Shown here: in pieces, positions 18,583-28,791 of the stretch
How positions within the stretch are numbered: position 1 is the stretch's first letter
How the letters are laid out: every line of letters begins with the position of its first letter
Origin: Candidatus Staskawiczbacteria bacterium
GTDB lineage: Bacteria; Patescibacteriota; Minisyncoccia; Minisyncoccales; Staskawiczbacteraceae
Reading direction: 5' to 3'
Length of the DNA: 64,000 nt
Assembly: GCA_023245155.1 (NCBI GenBank)
Contig: JAHFKV010000001.1
Location: forward strand, 203,034-267,033
Translations under genes and position numbers: made by a program
The notes under the pieces: generated by a model
Seen by the model: the letters and a program-made list of their open reading frames with translations, nothing else
Database searches by the model: none
What the model was told of the DNA's origin: nothing

Positions 18583-19170
18583 ATGAATTTAAATAACAAA
18601 TACTACATTTTGCGGCACGGGGAGGCGGTGAGCAATGTGAAGCACATTTGTTCTTCCTGGCCGGAAAAGTTCAGGAATCCGCTCACCCAACATGGCAAGG
18701 AAATGATTCTGGCCGTGGCGGAAATGTTAAAAGAAAACCATGCCAAACATGGCCATGCCATTGATATGATTTTCTCTTCACCGTTACTGCGGACCAAGCA
18801 AACTGCCGGCATCGTAGCTAAAGAATTGAATGTACCCGTAAAATTTGATAAAAGGTTAAGGGAGGTGGGGTTTGGGGCGTTGAATAATAAGCCCATAACC
18901 CAGATACGTAATTACTTTAAAAACGAGAATGACCGGATTAGTCGGAATTTCCCGCGGGGAGAAACGTATCAGCAAATTGTGGACCGGATGCATGCATTTT
19001 TAAAGGAAATTAACAAAAAATACCGCGGCAAGAATATTTTGATTGTCAGTCACAAAGCGCCCTTGTGGATGTTGGAAAACAAGGTGCAAGGATTTACTCT
19101 GGCGCAAGGTTTGAAAAGAAATCCCGAAGAATTACGAATTGAAAAAGGGCAGATTAAAGAGTTGCATTAA
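18583..19170 (+). CDS. Histidine phosphatase family protein
   Basis: LRHGE, SSPLLRT, LRE, GE, LIVSH. Confidence 0.9.
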   Translation: MNLNNKYYILRHGEAVSNVKHICSSWPEKFRNPLTQHGKEMILAVAEMLKENHAKHGHAIDMIFSSPLLRTKQTAGIVAKELNVPVKFDKRLREVGFGALNNKPITQIRNYFKNENDRISRNFPRGETYQQIVDRMHAFLKEINKKYRGKNILIVSHKAPLWMLENKVQGFTLAQGLKRNPEELRIEKGQIKELH

Positions 19171-19175
19171 ATAGT

Positions 19176-22016
19176 ATGCCATATAACTTTTCACAAGAAG
19201 AACAAAAAATACTGAAGTTTTGGGAGCAGGATGCAACGTTTGAAAAGTCGCTCAAGCAAACCGAGGGCAAAAAGCCATTCGTATTTTATGATGGCCCACC
19301 CTTTGCTACGGGGCTTCCACACTATGGGCACATTTTAGGATCTGTAGCCAAAGATGTGTTTCCGCGCTATAAAACCATGCAGGGTTTTTATGTACGCCGG
19401 CGCTGGGGTTGGGATTGTCATGGCATGCCCATCGAAAATTTAGTGGAAAAAGAAATCGGGGTGAGTGGCAAGAAAGACATCGAAGCCAAATTCGGGGTTG
19501 CAAAATTTAATGCCGCCTGCAGATCAAAAGTGCAAATGTATGTGGCCGAATGGAAGAAAATGGTGGAACGGATTGCCCGCTGGGTTGATTTTGATAATTC
19601 TTATAAGACAATGGATTCCACATATATGGAATCTGTCTGGTGGGCATTAAAAACTTTATGGGATAAGGGTTTGGTGTATGAGGGGCGAAAGGTTTTGCCC
19701 TATTGTTTGCATTGTGAAACCCCGGTTTCCAAGGCAGAAATTGCCATGGATAATAGTTACAAAAACATTACCGAGCTGACCGTTACGGTAAAGTTCAAGT
19801 TAAAAAATGAGCCGAATACATATTTGTTAGCTTGGACCACTACTCCCTGGACCATGCCAGCTCATACTTTTATTAATGTTGGGCCAGATATTGAATATGT
19901 AAAAGTGAAATGGCAAGGAGATTTTTACATTGTCGCAAAACTGGCGTTGGAAAAAAACTTTGCCGGCAAGGAATATACAGTAGTAGAAAATTTGACGGGG
20001 AAAGATTTAGCGGGCTTGGAATATGAACCTCCGTTTGATTATTTTAAAGGCTGGAAGAATGCCCACAAAGTATATTTGTCTGAGAAGGTGAATCCAGCCG
20101 AGGGCACGGGTTTGGTACACATGGTACCGCCGTTCGGAGACCAGGAAGAAATGGATTTTATGAAAGAAAAAGGTATTGAGCCTATTATCCACGTAAAGCC
20201 TGATGGCACGTTCACCGATGACGTCCGCGATTGGGCGGGCAAAAAAATCAAAACCCAAGTAGAAGGCATTAAAGACGCTTTGCAGGCACGGGGGGTATTA
20301 TTTAGTGCTGAAAATTACACCCATAGCTATCCTCATTGCTGGCGGTGCGAGAATCCGGTTATTTACTATGCTATCTCGGCCTGGTTTATCAACATCCAAA
20401 AACATAAAAAGAAACTGGAAAAGTTGAATAAAAAGATTAACTGGTATCCAGAACACTTAAAAGAAGGCAGGTTTTTGCATATTTTAGAAGATGCTCCCGA
20501 TTGGAATATTTCGCGCAACCGTTTTTGGGCAACGCCCTTGCCGTTTTTTGTCTGCGAATGTGGCCACCAAGAATGTATCGGATCGGTAAAGGAGCTGAAA
20601 GAAAAGGCAGTTAATTTCTCAGAAGTCTACCATTCAGATAGCGTGCAGGATCTGGATTTACACAAAGATAAGATGGATCAGATTCGATTGAAATGCCCAA
20701 TGTGTAAAAAAGAAATGTCCCGTGTGCCAGAAGTGATTGATTGTTGGGTGGAATCGGCCAGCATGCCGTTTGCCGAATTGCATTACCCATTTGAAAACAA
20801 GTCATTATTCAGCAAGCGTTTCCCTGGTCAATACATTGCTGAATATATCGCCCAAACCCGCACGTGGTTCTATTATATGCATGTGCTGGGAGTCTTATTG
20901 TTTGACAGCGAAGCATTTCAAAACGTGGTGACCACAGGTACCGTTCTCAATGAAAAAGGGGAAAAAATGTCAAAGTCAAAAAGGAACTTTCCTGATCCCT
21001 GGGAAATCATCAATCAGTATGGGGTGGATTCTCTGCGATTTTATCTAATGTCCACTCCTGTCATGGCTGCTGAAGATCTGTTTTTCAATGAAAAAGAAGT
21101 GAAAGAAGCCCATAACAGGGTAATGAACACCCTACTGAATGTGGTTGAGTTTTATCAAACCTATGCCGCTAAAAATGCAGATGAAAAAGAACGTAAGCAA
21201 AAAAACATTTTAGATGCATGGATTTTGAGTAAGTTGAATAACTCCATTCAAAATATTACTAACGAAATGGAAGTGTATAACACGGTACGGGCTTGCCGCT
21301 TAATCAGGGAGTTTGTTGAGGATTTGTCGCTTTGGTATGTGCGCAGGTCCCGTAGCCGCTATAAAGATGAAACCGAAGATAAACAGGAGGCTTCGGCAAC
21401 CTTACGGCATGTGCTATTAACATTTTCAAAAATCATTGCCCCGATTTTACCGTTTACCGCAGAAATGGTTTTTGCGAAAGTCAAAAATGTAACAGGCGTA
21501 GAATCGGTGCATTTGGAGGCATGGCCAACGTTTACCAAAAAACATATCGATAAAGATTTAGAAAAAAACATGGATGAAGTCCGAGCCGTGGTAGCCTCGG
21601 CGTTAGCTGAACGAAATGCCGTAGCGATAAAAGTGCGGCAACCACTCGCTTCGCTTAAAATAAAAGATCAAACATTAAACGGTACTGATACCAGACTTTT
21701 AGATTTAATTAAAGACGAAGTGAATGTGAAGGAAGTTCTGTTTGATGGTACAATAGAAGGCGGGGTCGAGTTAGATTTGACGCTTACGCAGGAATTAAAA
21801 GATGAGGGGATGTTGCGCGACTTAGTTCGTGACGTGCAGGGTCAACGCAAAGAGGCTGGACTGAAGCCTGATGATAAAATCTCTGTGGAAATTTCGGGCG
21901 CCGCGGATTTGGTACAAGTTATAGAAAAAAATAAAGAGGGGTTGCTCAAAGAAATGCGGGCGGTTGAAATGAGCACCCAGGTTGGTGAAAAAACCATTGT
22001 AATTAAAAAAGTATAA
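19176..22016 (+). CDS. ileS: Isoleucine--tRNA ligase (IleRS2-type)
   Basis: DGPPFATGLPHYGH, WTTTPWT, ISRNRFW, KMSKS. Confidence 0.97.
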   Translation: MPYNFSQEEQKILKFWEQDATFEKSLKQTEGKKPFVFYDGPPFATGLPHYGHILGSVAKDVFPRYKTMQGFYVRRRWGWDCHGMPIENLVEKEIGVSGKKDIEAKFGVAKFNAACRSKVQMYVAEWKKMVERIARWVDFDNSYKTMDSTYMESVWWALKTLWDKGLVYEGRKVLPYCLHCETPVSKAEIAMDNSYKNITELTVTVKFKLKNEPNTYLLAWTTTPWTMPAHTFINVGPDIEYVKVKWQGDFYIVAKLALEKNFAGKEYTVVENLTGKDLAGLEYEPPFDYFKGWKNAHKVYLSEKVNPAEGTGLVHMVPPFGDQEEMDFMKEKGIEPIIHVKPDGTFTDDVRDWAGKKIKTQVEGIKDALQARGVLFSAENYTHSYPHCWRCENPVIYYAISAWFINIQKHKKKLEKLNKKINWYPEHLKEGRFLHILEDAPDWNISRNRFWATPLPFFVCECGHQECIGSVKELKEKAVNFSEVYHSDSVQDLDLHKDKMDQIRLKCPMCKKEMSRVPEVIDCWVESASMPFAELHYPFENKSLFSKRFPGQYIAEYIAQTRTWFYYMHVLGVLLFDSEAFQNVVTTGTVLNEKGEKMSKSKRNFPDPWEIINQYGVDSLRFYLMSTPVMAAEDLFFNEKEVKEAHNRVMNTLLNVVEFYQTYAAKNADEKERKQKNILDAWILSKLNNSIQNITNEMEVYNTVRACRLIREFVEDLSLWYVRRSRSRYKDETEDKQEASATLRHVLLTFSKIIAPILPFTAEMVFAKVKNVTGVESVHLEAWPTFTKKHIDKDLEKNMDEVRAVVASALAERNAVAIKVRQPLASLKIKDQTLNGTDTRLLDLIKDEVNVKEVLFDGTIEGGVELDLTLTQELKDEGMLRDLVRDVQGQRKEAGLKPDDKISVEISGAADLVQVIEKNKEGLLKEMRAVEMSTQVGEKTIVIKKV

Positions 22017-22017
22017 T

Positions 22018-22494
22018 ATGCCACAATCATTTAATAATCCATTGCCAGAGCCCTTGTCTGAACGCCAGGAATCAGCCCGCCAAGAGCATCATAATCCATA
22101 TCCGTCAAAGAGTAGCTTTCTTAAGAGTATGGCTAAAGATGTCATTATGGGGCCCGAACACCTGCCGGAAAAATCAACCGATCCCGATAAAAAAGAAGTG
22201 GCTATGAATATAAAAACAAAAAAAGAACCTGTCGACAAAGAAAAAGAAGTGGAGTCTATTGATAAGATTTCCCGCCAAAAGCTGATAAGGGAGTTTAAAA
22301 AGGCGTATGAAGTAACCGATATGAGGGAAGCAGAAAGGGAAAAGTTAGGCAAAGAGTTACCTGCTAAAAGCCGCATAGATGTAAAAGTAAAGGATCTCGA
22401 AAAGTTTACCGAAAAAATCAAATATAAGGATGACCCCGAACTCAAAAGGAAAAAAAGGTTTATTGATAAAATGAAAGCAAAGTTATTTAAGTAA
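22018..22494 (+). CDS. Charged hypothetical protein
   Basis: 158-aa K/E-rich frame coupled to ileS and recO. Confidence 0.6.
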   Translation: MPQSFNNPLPEPLSERQESARQEHHNPYPSKSSFLKSMAKDVIMGPEHLPEKSTDPDKKEVAMNIKTKKEPVDKEKEVESIDKISRQKLIREFKKAYEVTDMREAEREKLGKELPAKSRIDVKVKDLEKFTEKIKYKDDPELKRKKRFIDKMKAKLFK

Positions 22495-23108
22495 TGGCTG
22501 TAAAGTATGCCACCGAGGCGTTCGTGTTTAATAAAGAAAACAACATGGAAGCTGACCGGATATTTTCTGTGTTCACCAAAGAATTCGGCCGGCTGGAGGT
22601 TTCCGGCAAAGCCATCCGCAAGATTGATTCAAAACTGCGCGGAGGAATAGATCTTTTTTCTTTTTGCGAGATTGAATTTATCCAGGGTAAGAGTAAAAAA
22701 ACGTTGACTGATGTCTTCCCCCGTCAACGTTTTGTGCATATTGCGCAGGACCCGGAAAAATATGCGATTGCTCGGCGCATATGCCAATTGGTTCAAGCTT
22801 GCATTCATGGCCAAGAAAAAGATGAACGCATTTTAGATTTATTGGTGGACGTGTTTTCCAAGCTGAATGCAGGCAAAGCCCGAAAGTTGATATACTACTA
22901 TTTTTTTTGGAATTTCATTGCTTTATTAGGCTATGAGCCGGAAATAAAAAGCATGGAAATCTCAGAAGAAGTGGCAATCGTATTAGCATTAATCATGAAA
23001 AAGGATTGGGTTGCTTTAGATGCATTAATCATTTCGGTTGCTACCCAAAAAGTTTTCCAAGAAGTTTCAGAAAAATATTATTCCCGTGTTATGGAGTCGC
23101 ATGCTTAA
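22494..23108 (+). CDS. recO: DNA repair protein RecO
   Basis: EADRIFSVFTKEFG...AIRKIDSKL; LGYEP. Confidence 0.88.
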   Translation: MAVKYATEAFVFNKENNMEADRIFSVFTKEFGRLEVSGKAIRKIDSKLRGGIDLFSFCEIEFIQGKSKKTLTDVFPRQRFVHIAQDPEKYAIARRICQLVQACIHGQEKDERILDLLVDVFSKLNAGKARKLIYYYFFWNFIALLGYEPEIKSMEISEEVAIVLALIMKKDWVALDALIISVATQKVFQEVSEKYYSRVMESHA

Positions 23109-24387
23109 AAAACTGATTCAAAATAATTTTTTTATTTTCTTTGCCTGTTTGGCAGTTTTATTATTAGGTTTTTTTGGTTTTTGGCATTACCGGGATGCGG
23201 TATTTTCAGGAGAAGTTTTACAGCTCACTATTTCTGCGCCGAGCACCGCAGCCATGGGGAATGAAATTACGTATACGGTAACCTATAAAAATAACGGGAA
23301 CTTTGTTTTAGAAGAGCCAAAACTGGTTTTTGAATTACCGGACAACTCTTTAACTGAAGATTCAAAAACCAGGATTGAGAAAAACATAAAAAATATTTAT
23401 CCGGGCGAAGAAGGTTTTGTTATTTTCAAAACCAGGTTATTGGGCAAGGAAGGGGATATCAAAACTGCCCAAGCTTCGCTTTCCTACATGCCCCATAATT
23501 TATCTGCCCGGTATGAATCCAATGCTTCAGCTACCACAACCGTTGCAACGGTTGACATGAATTTAACGTTTGATTTACCTGCAACCTTACAGCAAAAACA
23601 GCAACTGGTGTATTCCATTAATTATCTTTCCAACATTGATTATCCGCTGGAAAATTTGAGCATTAAGGTGGATCCGGTGCCCGGGCTTACCATTACTTCT
23701 GCCGATCCAGCTTCGTTAGATAACGCTGAATGGAAGTTGGATATTTTGCAAAAAGGCCAAGGCGGCACCCTGAAAATTATAGGTATGATCGCACCCGATG
23801 CTCCCACTCCCATGGTGTTTTCTGCGCGCCTAGGCATGCGGGTGAACGGCATGTTTGTGGTAGTAAAAAGCGTAATCCAAAATGTGCAGGTTCCCCAATC
23901 ACAAACTTCCATTTCTGAACCAATCAGCCAAAAAGTCTACTACACAAGCCAGAATGGTATTGATAACATTGGCCCTATTCCACCAAACGTGGGCAGTACA
24001 ACTACCTACGCAGTGGTTTGGCAAGTTGCGAATAATTCCCGTGCTGTTAAGAATGTAGCCATACAAGCTGTGTTACCCGCGGGCGTTTCACTGAATGATA
24101 ATGTGTTTCCTGAAGACCAGGGTGCAAGGCTTTCTTTTGATAATGCCAGCCGGAAAGTCACGTGGCTGGCGGGAGATTTAGCTCCGGGGGCATCGCCTTT
24201 GCTAACATTCCAAATTGCGTTGACCTCAGACGCTTCTATGCAAGGCAAACTAGCGCCGTTAATCGGCCAAGCCGTAGTTTCCGGCCAAGACCAGACCACC
24301 GGAATGCCTTTGACGGGCAGCGCCCCTGCGGTAGATAGCAGCCTACCTGATGATGTTGCAAATTCAGGCAAAGGGATAGTGCAATAA
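23101..24387 (+). CDS. Membrane-anchored protein with repeated Ig-like (DUF11-like) domains
   Basis: N-terminal TM; ITYTVTYKNNG, GPIPP.VGSTTTY. Confidence 0.7.
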   Translation: MLKKLIQNNFFIFFACLAVLLLGFFGFWHYRDAVFSGEVLQLTISAPSTAAMGNEITYTVTYKNNGNFVLEEPKLVFELPDNSLTEDSKTRIEKNIKNIYPGEEGFVIFKTRLLGKEGDIKTAQASLSYMPHNLSARYESNASATTTVATVDMNLTFDLPATLQQKQQLVYSINYLSNIDYPLENLSIKVDPVPGLTITSADPASLDNAEWKLDILQKGQGGTLKIIGMIAPDAPTPMVFSARLGMRVNGMFVVVKSVIQNVQVPQSQTSISEPISQKVYYTSQNGIDNIGPIPPNVGSTTTYAVVWQVANNSRAVKNVAIQAVLPAGVSLNDNVFPEDQGARLSFDNASRKVTWLAGDLAPGASPLLTFQIALTSDASMQGKLAPLIGQAVVSGQDQTTGMPLTGSAPAVDSSLPDDVANSGKGIVQ

Positions 24388-24413
24388 TGGAAAATCTGAT
24401 AGTATAAAGCAAC

Positions 24414-25763
24414 ATGAAAAAAGCCACCGCCACTGACGGGGTCCCGTCCGAAAGCGGGAAAAATAATCTCATGGAAAAAATAATTTCGCTTTGCAAACGG
24501 CGAGGTTTTGTGTTTCCGGGCAGCGAAATTTATGGGGGAATTACCGGAATGTGGGATTTTGGCCCGGCTGGCGTTTTGTTGCGCAAAAACTTGAAAGACC
24601 TGTGGTGGAAAGATTTGGTGCAAATGCGAGATGATATGGTTGCGGTTGACGCGGCAATTATTATGAACCCAAAAGCTTGGGAGGCTTCCGGCCACACCGC
24701 TTCATTTTCTGATCCTTTGGTTGAGTGTAAAATTTGTCACTTAAGATTTCGGCATGATAAAGCTGAAGAAATTTCAGCTCACGAAAAAACCCACAAGGGC
24801 AAGAAAGTGGAATGGACCGAGCCTCAACAATTTAATTTATTGGTAAAAACCTATTTGGGAATTATTGAGGGCAAACAACAAGAAGTTTTTTTGCGCGGTG
24901 AAATTACCAATGGCGTGCAGGTTAATTTTAAAAATGTGATGGATTCAACGCGCGTCAAAATCCCTTTTGGTATTGCCCAAATCGGTAAAGCTTTTAGAAA
25001 TGAAATTACGCCCGGTGGATTTATTTTTCGAGATCGAGAATTTGAACAAATGGAAACCCAATTTTTTATCAAACCTGATAAACAAGAAGGAGAAAAATGG
25101 TTTGAGTATTGGAAACAAAACCGGATGGATTTTGTGGTGTCGCTTGGAATGAGGAAAGAAAAATTGAGATTTAAAGACCATGAAAAGTTGGCTCACTATG
25201 CTAAAGCCGCAACCGATATTGAGTATGAATTTCCTTGGGGTTTTGACGAAATCATGGGAATTCACAACCGAGCTGATTGGGATTTATCTCGCCATCAAGA
25301 ATATTCCGGTAAAAAAATGGGGGTTTTGGATTCTGAGACGAATGAAATTTTCATTCCGTGGGATATTGAAACTTCAGCCGGAGTTGATAGGCAAATGTTG
25401 GCTTTGTTACTGGATGCTTACCGTGAAGAGGGCGAGCGAATTTGGCTTTCGCTGTCTCCCAAACTGGCTCCCTATAAAGTTGCCGTGTTTCCGCTTTTGG
25501 GGAATAAACCCGAACTTATTGATAAAGCCAAGGCGATTTATAACGATTTAAAGCAAGATTATATGGTGGCCTGGGACGACAGGGGCAATATTGGAAAGCG
25601 CTATGCTGCCCAAGACGAAATTGGCACCCCATTTTGCATCACCGTAGATTTTGAAACTTTAGAGAAGGATGACAGTGTAACCGTGCGCGATCGGGATTCC
25701 ATGAAGCAGGAGAGGGTGAAAGTCTCTAAGTTGAAAGAGTATATAAAAGAAAGATTACAATAA
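24414..25763 (+). CDS. glyS: Glycine--tRNA ligase (alpha2 type); start may be 24471
   Basis: LCKRRGF..SEIYGG, WEASGH, GKAFRNEI, IGKRY..QDEIGTP. Confidence 0.97.
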   Translation: MKKATATDGVPSESGKNNLMEKIISLCKRRGFVFPGSEIYGGITGMWDFGPAGVLLRKNLKDLWWKDLVQMRDDMVAVDAAIIMNPKAWEASGHTASFSDPLVECKICHLRFRHDKAEEISAHEKTHKGKKVEWTEPQQFNLLVKTYLGIIEGKQQEVFLRGEITNGVQVNFKNVMDSTRVKIPFGIAQIGKAFRNEITPGGFIFRDREFEQMETQFFIKPDKQEGEKWFEYWKQNRMDFVVSLGMRKEKLRFKDHEKLAHYAKAATDIEYEFPWGFDEIMGIHNRADWDLSRHQEYSGKKMGVLDSETNEIFIPWDIETSAGVDRQMLALLLDAYREEGERIWLSLSPKLAPYKVAVFPLLGNKPELIDKAKAIYNDLKQDYMVAWDDRGNIGKRYAAQDEIGTPFCITVDFETLEKDDSVTVRDRDSMKQERVKVSKLKEYIKERLQ

Positions 25764-26470
25764 TGGAGAAATATTCAAAGGAAAAAGTTTTTCAATATTT
25801 GGAACATTATAAAACACTGCCAAGTGGATGTTTGTTATACCAAATCACTCAAAACGGTAAAATTTTTGTTACGGGCAATGGTTCAATAAACGAAGTGTCT
25901 AAAGATAGTCCCGACTATCAAGATAAGCTGCATTTGTTTGTAAATCCCGGGAACCAAGCCTATTATTTACTTGGAAATCCAGATACCAATGAAAAAACCC
26001 CAAATAATGCAACGGTAAAAATGGGGATTACTGATTCGCACCACCATTTTACTCCTCATGCCCATGGCTCTCAGCATTATGTAAAATCAGAGGGATTTAG
26101 CGGTTGTCTCCTTTATAACCACGATAAAAAGATTGCATTCGCAATAAAATTAATACCAGGCTCATTGATTTATATCCCCGAATGGATTCCCCATGCCTTT
26201 TATAATCGTTCTGATATTCCCCTTATTACTTTAATTGCAAATGGTGGATTGGGTCTACATGATGAAAATTATGCAGTTACCAAAGAGATTGCAGAAAAAA
26301 GACTAAAAGAGATGAGTGGTAATGGAGATAAAGGTTTAGAAGAATTAGTAAAGGTGCTTGGCTCTATCGAAGAATTTTTTGATAAAACACAGCCACAGAA
26401 AGATATTGATACTCGTGAGAAAATATCAAAAAAACTTTATAAAGTTGCAGAATACTTTAGCATGCATTAG
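25763..26470 (+). CDS. Cupin-domain protein
   Basis: PHAH...PGSLIYIPEWIPHAFYN cupin motifs. Confidence 0.7.
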   Translation: MEKYSKEKVFQYLEHYKTLPSGCLLYQITQNGKIFVTGNGSINEVSKDSPDYQDKLHLFVNPGNQAYYLLGNPDTNEKTPNNATVKMGITDSHHHFTPHAHGSQHYVKSEGFSGCLLYNHDKKIAFAIKLIPGSLIYIPEWIPHAFYNRSDIPLITLIANGGLGLHDENYAVTKEIAEKRLKEMSGNGDKGLEELVKVLGSIEEFFDKTQPQKDIDTREKISKKLYKVAEYFSMH

Positions 26471-26495
26471 GCAATGAGTTTATAAGAATAAAAAT

Positions 26496-27767
26496 ATGTT
26501 CAAAAAATCTGCCTTAAAAAATGGCTTGCGCATTCTGACGGTGCCGATGAAAAATGCTAACAGTGTGACGGTTTTGCTGTTGGTTGGCACGGGCTCAAAG
26601 TATGAAACTAAAGACATTAACGGCATCTCGCACTTTTTAGAGCACATGTTTTTTAAGGGAACGCAAAAACGACCAAATACGTTAGCCATTTCCGAAACGT
26701 TAGATAAAATTGGTGGTCAGTATAATGCTTTTACTTCCAAAGAGGTGACGGGCTTTTGGGCCAAAGTAGATAAAAAGCATACCGATGTGGCTTTAGATTG
26801 GATCTCGGACATTTTCTTAAATTCTAAATTTGATGCCGAAGAATTGGAACGCGAAAAAGGCGTGGTGACCGAAGAATTAAACATGTATTTGGATACGCCG
26901 ACCAGTTATGTTTCCGAATTATTTGAGGAATTGTTGTACGGCGACACGCCGGCAGGCTGGAGGATTGTGGGGGAAAAAGAAACTATTGCCGCTTATAATC
27001 GTGAAAAATTAATGGATTATTTTCAGAGCCATTATTCAAACGACAACACCGTTTTGTGCGTGGCAGGGGATATTGACCAAGCTGACATTGAAAAAAAGCT
27101 CGCAGAATATTTTGCTGATATCCAGATTAGAAAAGCGGCTGAAAAATTGCCAGTCAAAGAATCACAATCAAAACCGGGTATCTTTTTGCACTACAAAAAA
27201 ACTGACCAGACGCATTTTTGTTTGGGTGTGCGAGCCTATGACATGTATGATAAACGGCGCTTTGCCCTGCAGCTGATTTCGGTTGTACTGGGCGGGAACA
27301 TGAGTTCGCGTTTGTTTATTTCCGTACGCGAGAGAAATGGCTTGGGCTATTACATTCACACTAGTGTTGACTCCGCTACCGATACGGGATATTTAGTGAC
27401 GCAGTCAGGAATTAAAAACGATAGTTTGGAAAAAGCCATTGGATTAGTTTTGAAAGAATACAAAGATATCCGGGATAATGGTGTTTCGCCTGATGAACTG
27501 CAAAAAGCCAAAGATTTTGTTCGGGGCAGTGCATCGCTTTCATTAGATTCTTCAGATGCCCTGGCTTCATTTTACACTACCCAAGAAGTGATGCGCCAAG
27601 AAGTCATGACTCCCGAGCAAAAGTTAGAAATGATTGATAACGTTACGGCCGATGATATAAAGAAGGTAGCCAAGGATATTTTTGTAAATGCCAAGTTGAA
27701 TCTATCGGTCATCGGGCCGTTTGAGGAGAAGGAAAAGGAAAAACTTGAGAAGTTATTAAGCTTATAA
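26496..27767 (+). CDS. M16 (pitrilysin) family zinc peptidase
   Basis: HFLEH inverted zinc motif, NAFT, SSRLF..VRE..GLGY. Confidence 0.95.
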   Translation: MFKKSALKNGLRILTVPMKNANSVTVLLLVGTGSKYETKDINGISHFLEHMFFKGTQKRPNTLAISETLDKIGGQYNAFTSKEVTGFWAKVDKKHTDVALDWISDIFLNSKFDAEELEREKGVVTEELNMYLDTPTSYVSELFEELLYGDTPAGWRIVGEKETIAAYNREKLMDYFQSHYSNDNTVLCVAGDIDQADIEKKLAEYFADIQIRKAAEKLPVKESQSKPGIFLHYKKTDQTHFCLGVRAYDMYDKRRFALQLISVVLGGNMSSRLFISVRERNGLGYYIHTSVDSATDTGYLVTQSGIKNDSLEKAIGLVLKEYKDIRDNGVSPDELQKAKDFVRGSASLSLDSSDALASFYTTQEVMRQEVMTPEQKLEMIDNVTADDIKKVAKDIFVNAKLNLSVIGPFEEKEKEKLEKLLSL

Positions 27768-27768
27768 C

Positions 27769-28791
27769 ATGGACCAAACCTTAGACATATCCTGGTCAGC
27801 CATTATAAAGGTACTCATTGCCGGTTTTCTTTTGTATTTCCTTTTTTTGTCACGCGAAATTGTGATTTGGCTCTTTTTTGCGCTAGTCATTTCTCTACTG
27901 CTAGAGCCAGCGATTAATTTTTTGGAAAAGTTCCGGGTGCCTAAAATATTAGCTGCCATTGCGGTATATCTGGCTATTTTTGCCGTGATTGGTCTGATGA
28001 TATTTTTTACTGCCCCTATTTTTATTTTTGAACTTAACCAGCTGTCCCAAAATATCCCTGCCTATTTTGAAGCGGTAAACCCGGTGTTAAAAAGTTTTGG
28101 TTTTGAAATTGCTAAAAATTTCCAAGATTTTACCGCCGGTTTAATGAGCGCCTTACAAGAGAGTTCGGGTAGCATTTTTAAAGCTATTACCATCTTTTTT
28201 GGTGGGCTATTTTCCACCCTATTTATTTTTTCCCTAGCTTTTTTTATTTCTTTAGAAGACCGAGGCGTAGAACGGGTATTAGCCCTATTGGCTCCAAAAC
28301 GGTATGAACACCACATTTTATACGTGTTTGAGCGAGCTCAAACCAAAGTGGCCGGATGGTTCGGAGCGCGGATCTTGGCTTGCTTGTTCGTGGGCATCAC
28401 TTCTTTCATCGTATTCTTCTTGCTTGGGGTAAAATATCCGTTTATCTTAGCGCTTATTTCCGGAGTGCTTAATTTTATACCGTTCATCGGGCCCACCATC
28501 ACATTAGTTTTGGCAGTCCTCTTTGTTTTTTCTTCCGGTTCTTGGTTGCTGGCCCTGTATGTTGCCATTGCCTTGCTGATAATCCAAGAAATAGAAAACA
28601 AAGCGTTAACACCCTTGCTGATGAAAAAGTTTATTGATCTGCCACCAGTACTGGTACTGGTTTCATTACTGGTGGGCGGCGTACTTTTTGGATTTTTGGG
28701 AACTATTTTTTCCGTTCCCGTATTTGGCATTATTTACGAAATCTCAAAAGAATTTTTCATAAAGCGCAAGGAAGAATCGGCCAATGCCTAA
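27769..28791 (+). CDS. AI-2E family transporter
   Basis: Multiple TMs, IPFIGP, QEIEN..L.P, GTIFSVP. Confidence 0.9.
   Translation: MDQTLDISWSAIIKVLIAGFLLYFLFLSREIVIWLFFALVISLLLEPAINFLEKFRVPKILAAIAVYLAIFAVIGLMIFFTAPIFIFELNQLSQNIPAYFEAVNPVLKSFGFEIAKNFQDFTAGLMSALQESSGSIFKAITIFFGGLFSTLFIFSLAFFISLEDRGVERVLALLAPKRYEHHILYVFERAQTKVAGWFGARILACLFVGITSFIVFFLLGVKYPFILALISGVLNFIPFIGPTITLVLAVLFVFSSGSWLLALYVAIALLIIQEIENKALTPLLMKKFIDLPPVLVLVSLLVGGVLFGFLGTIFSVPVFGIIYEISKEFFIKRKEESANA

Noticed and set aside
24006..24695. 229-aa and other long antisense ORFs across the window
   Set aside because: Fully overlap well-supported genes on the opposite strand and show no motifs.
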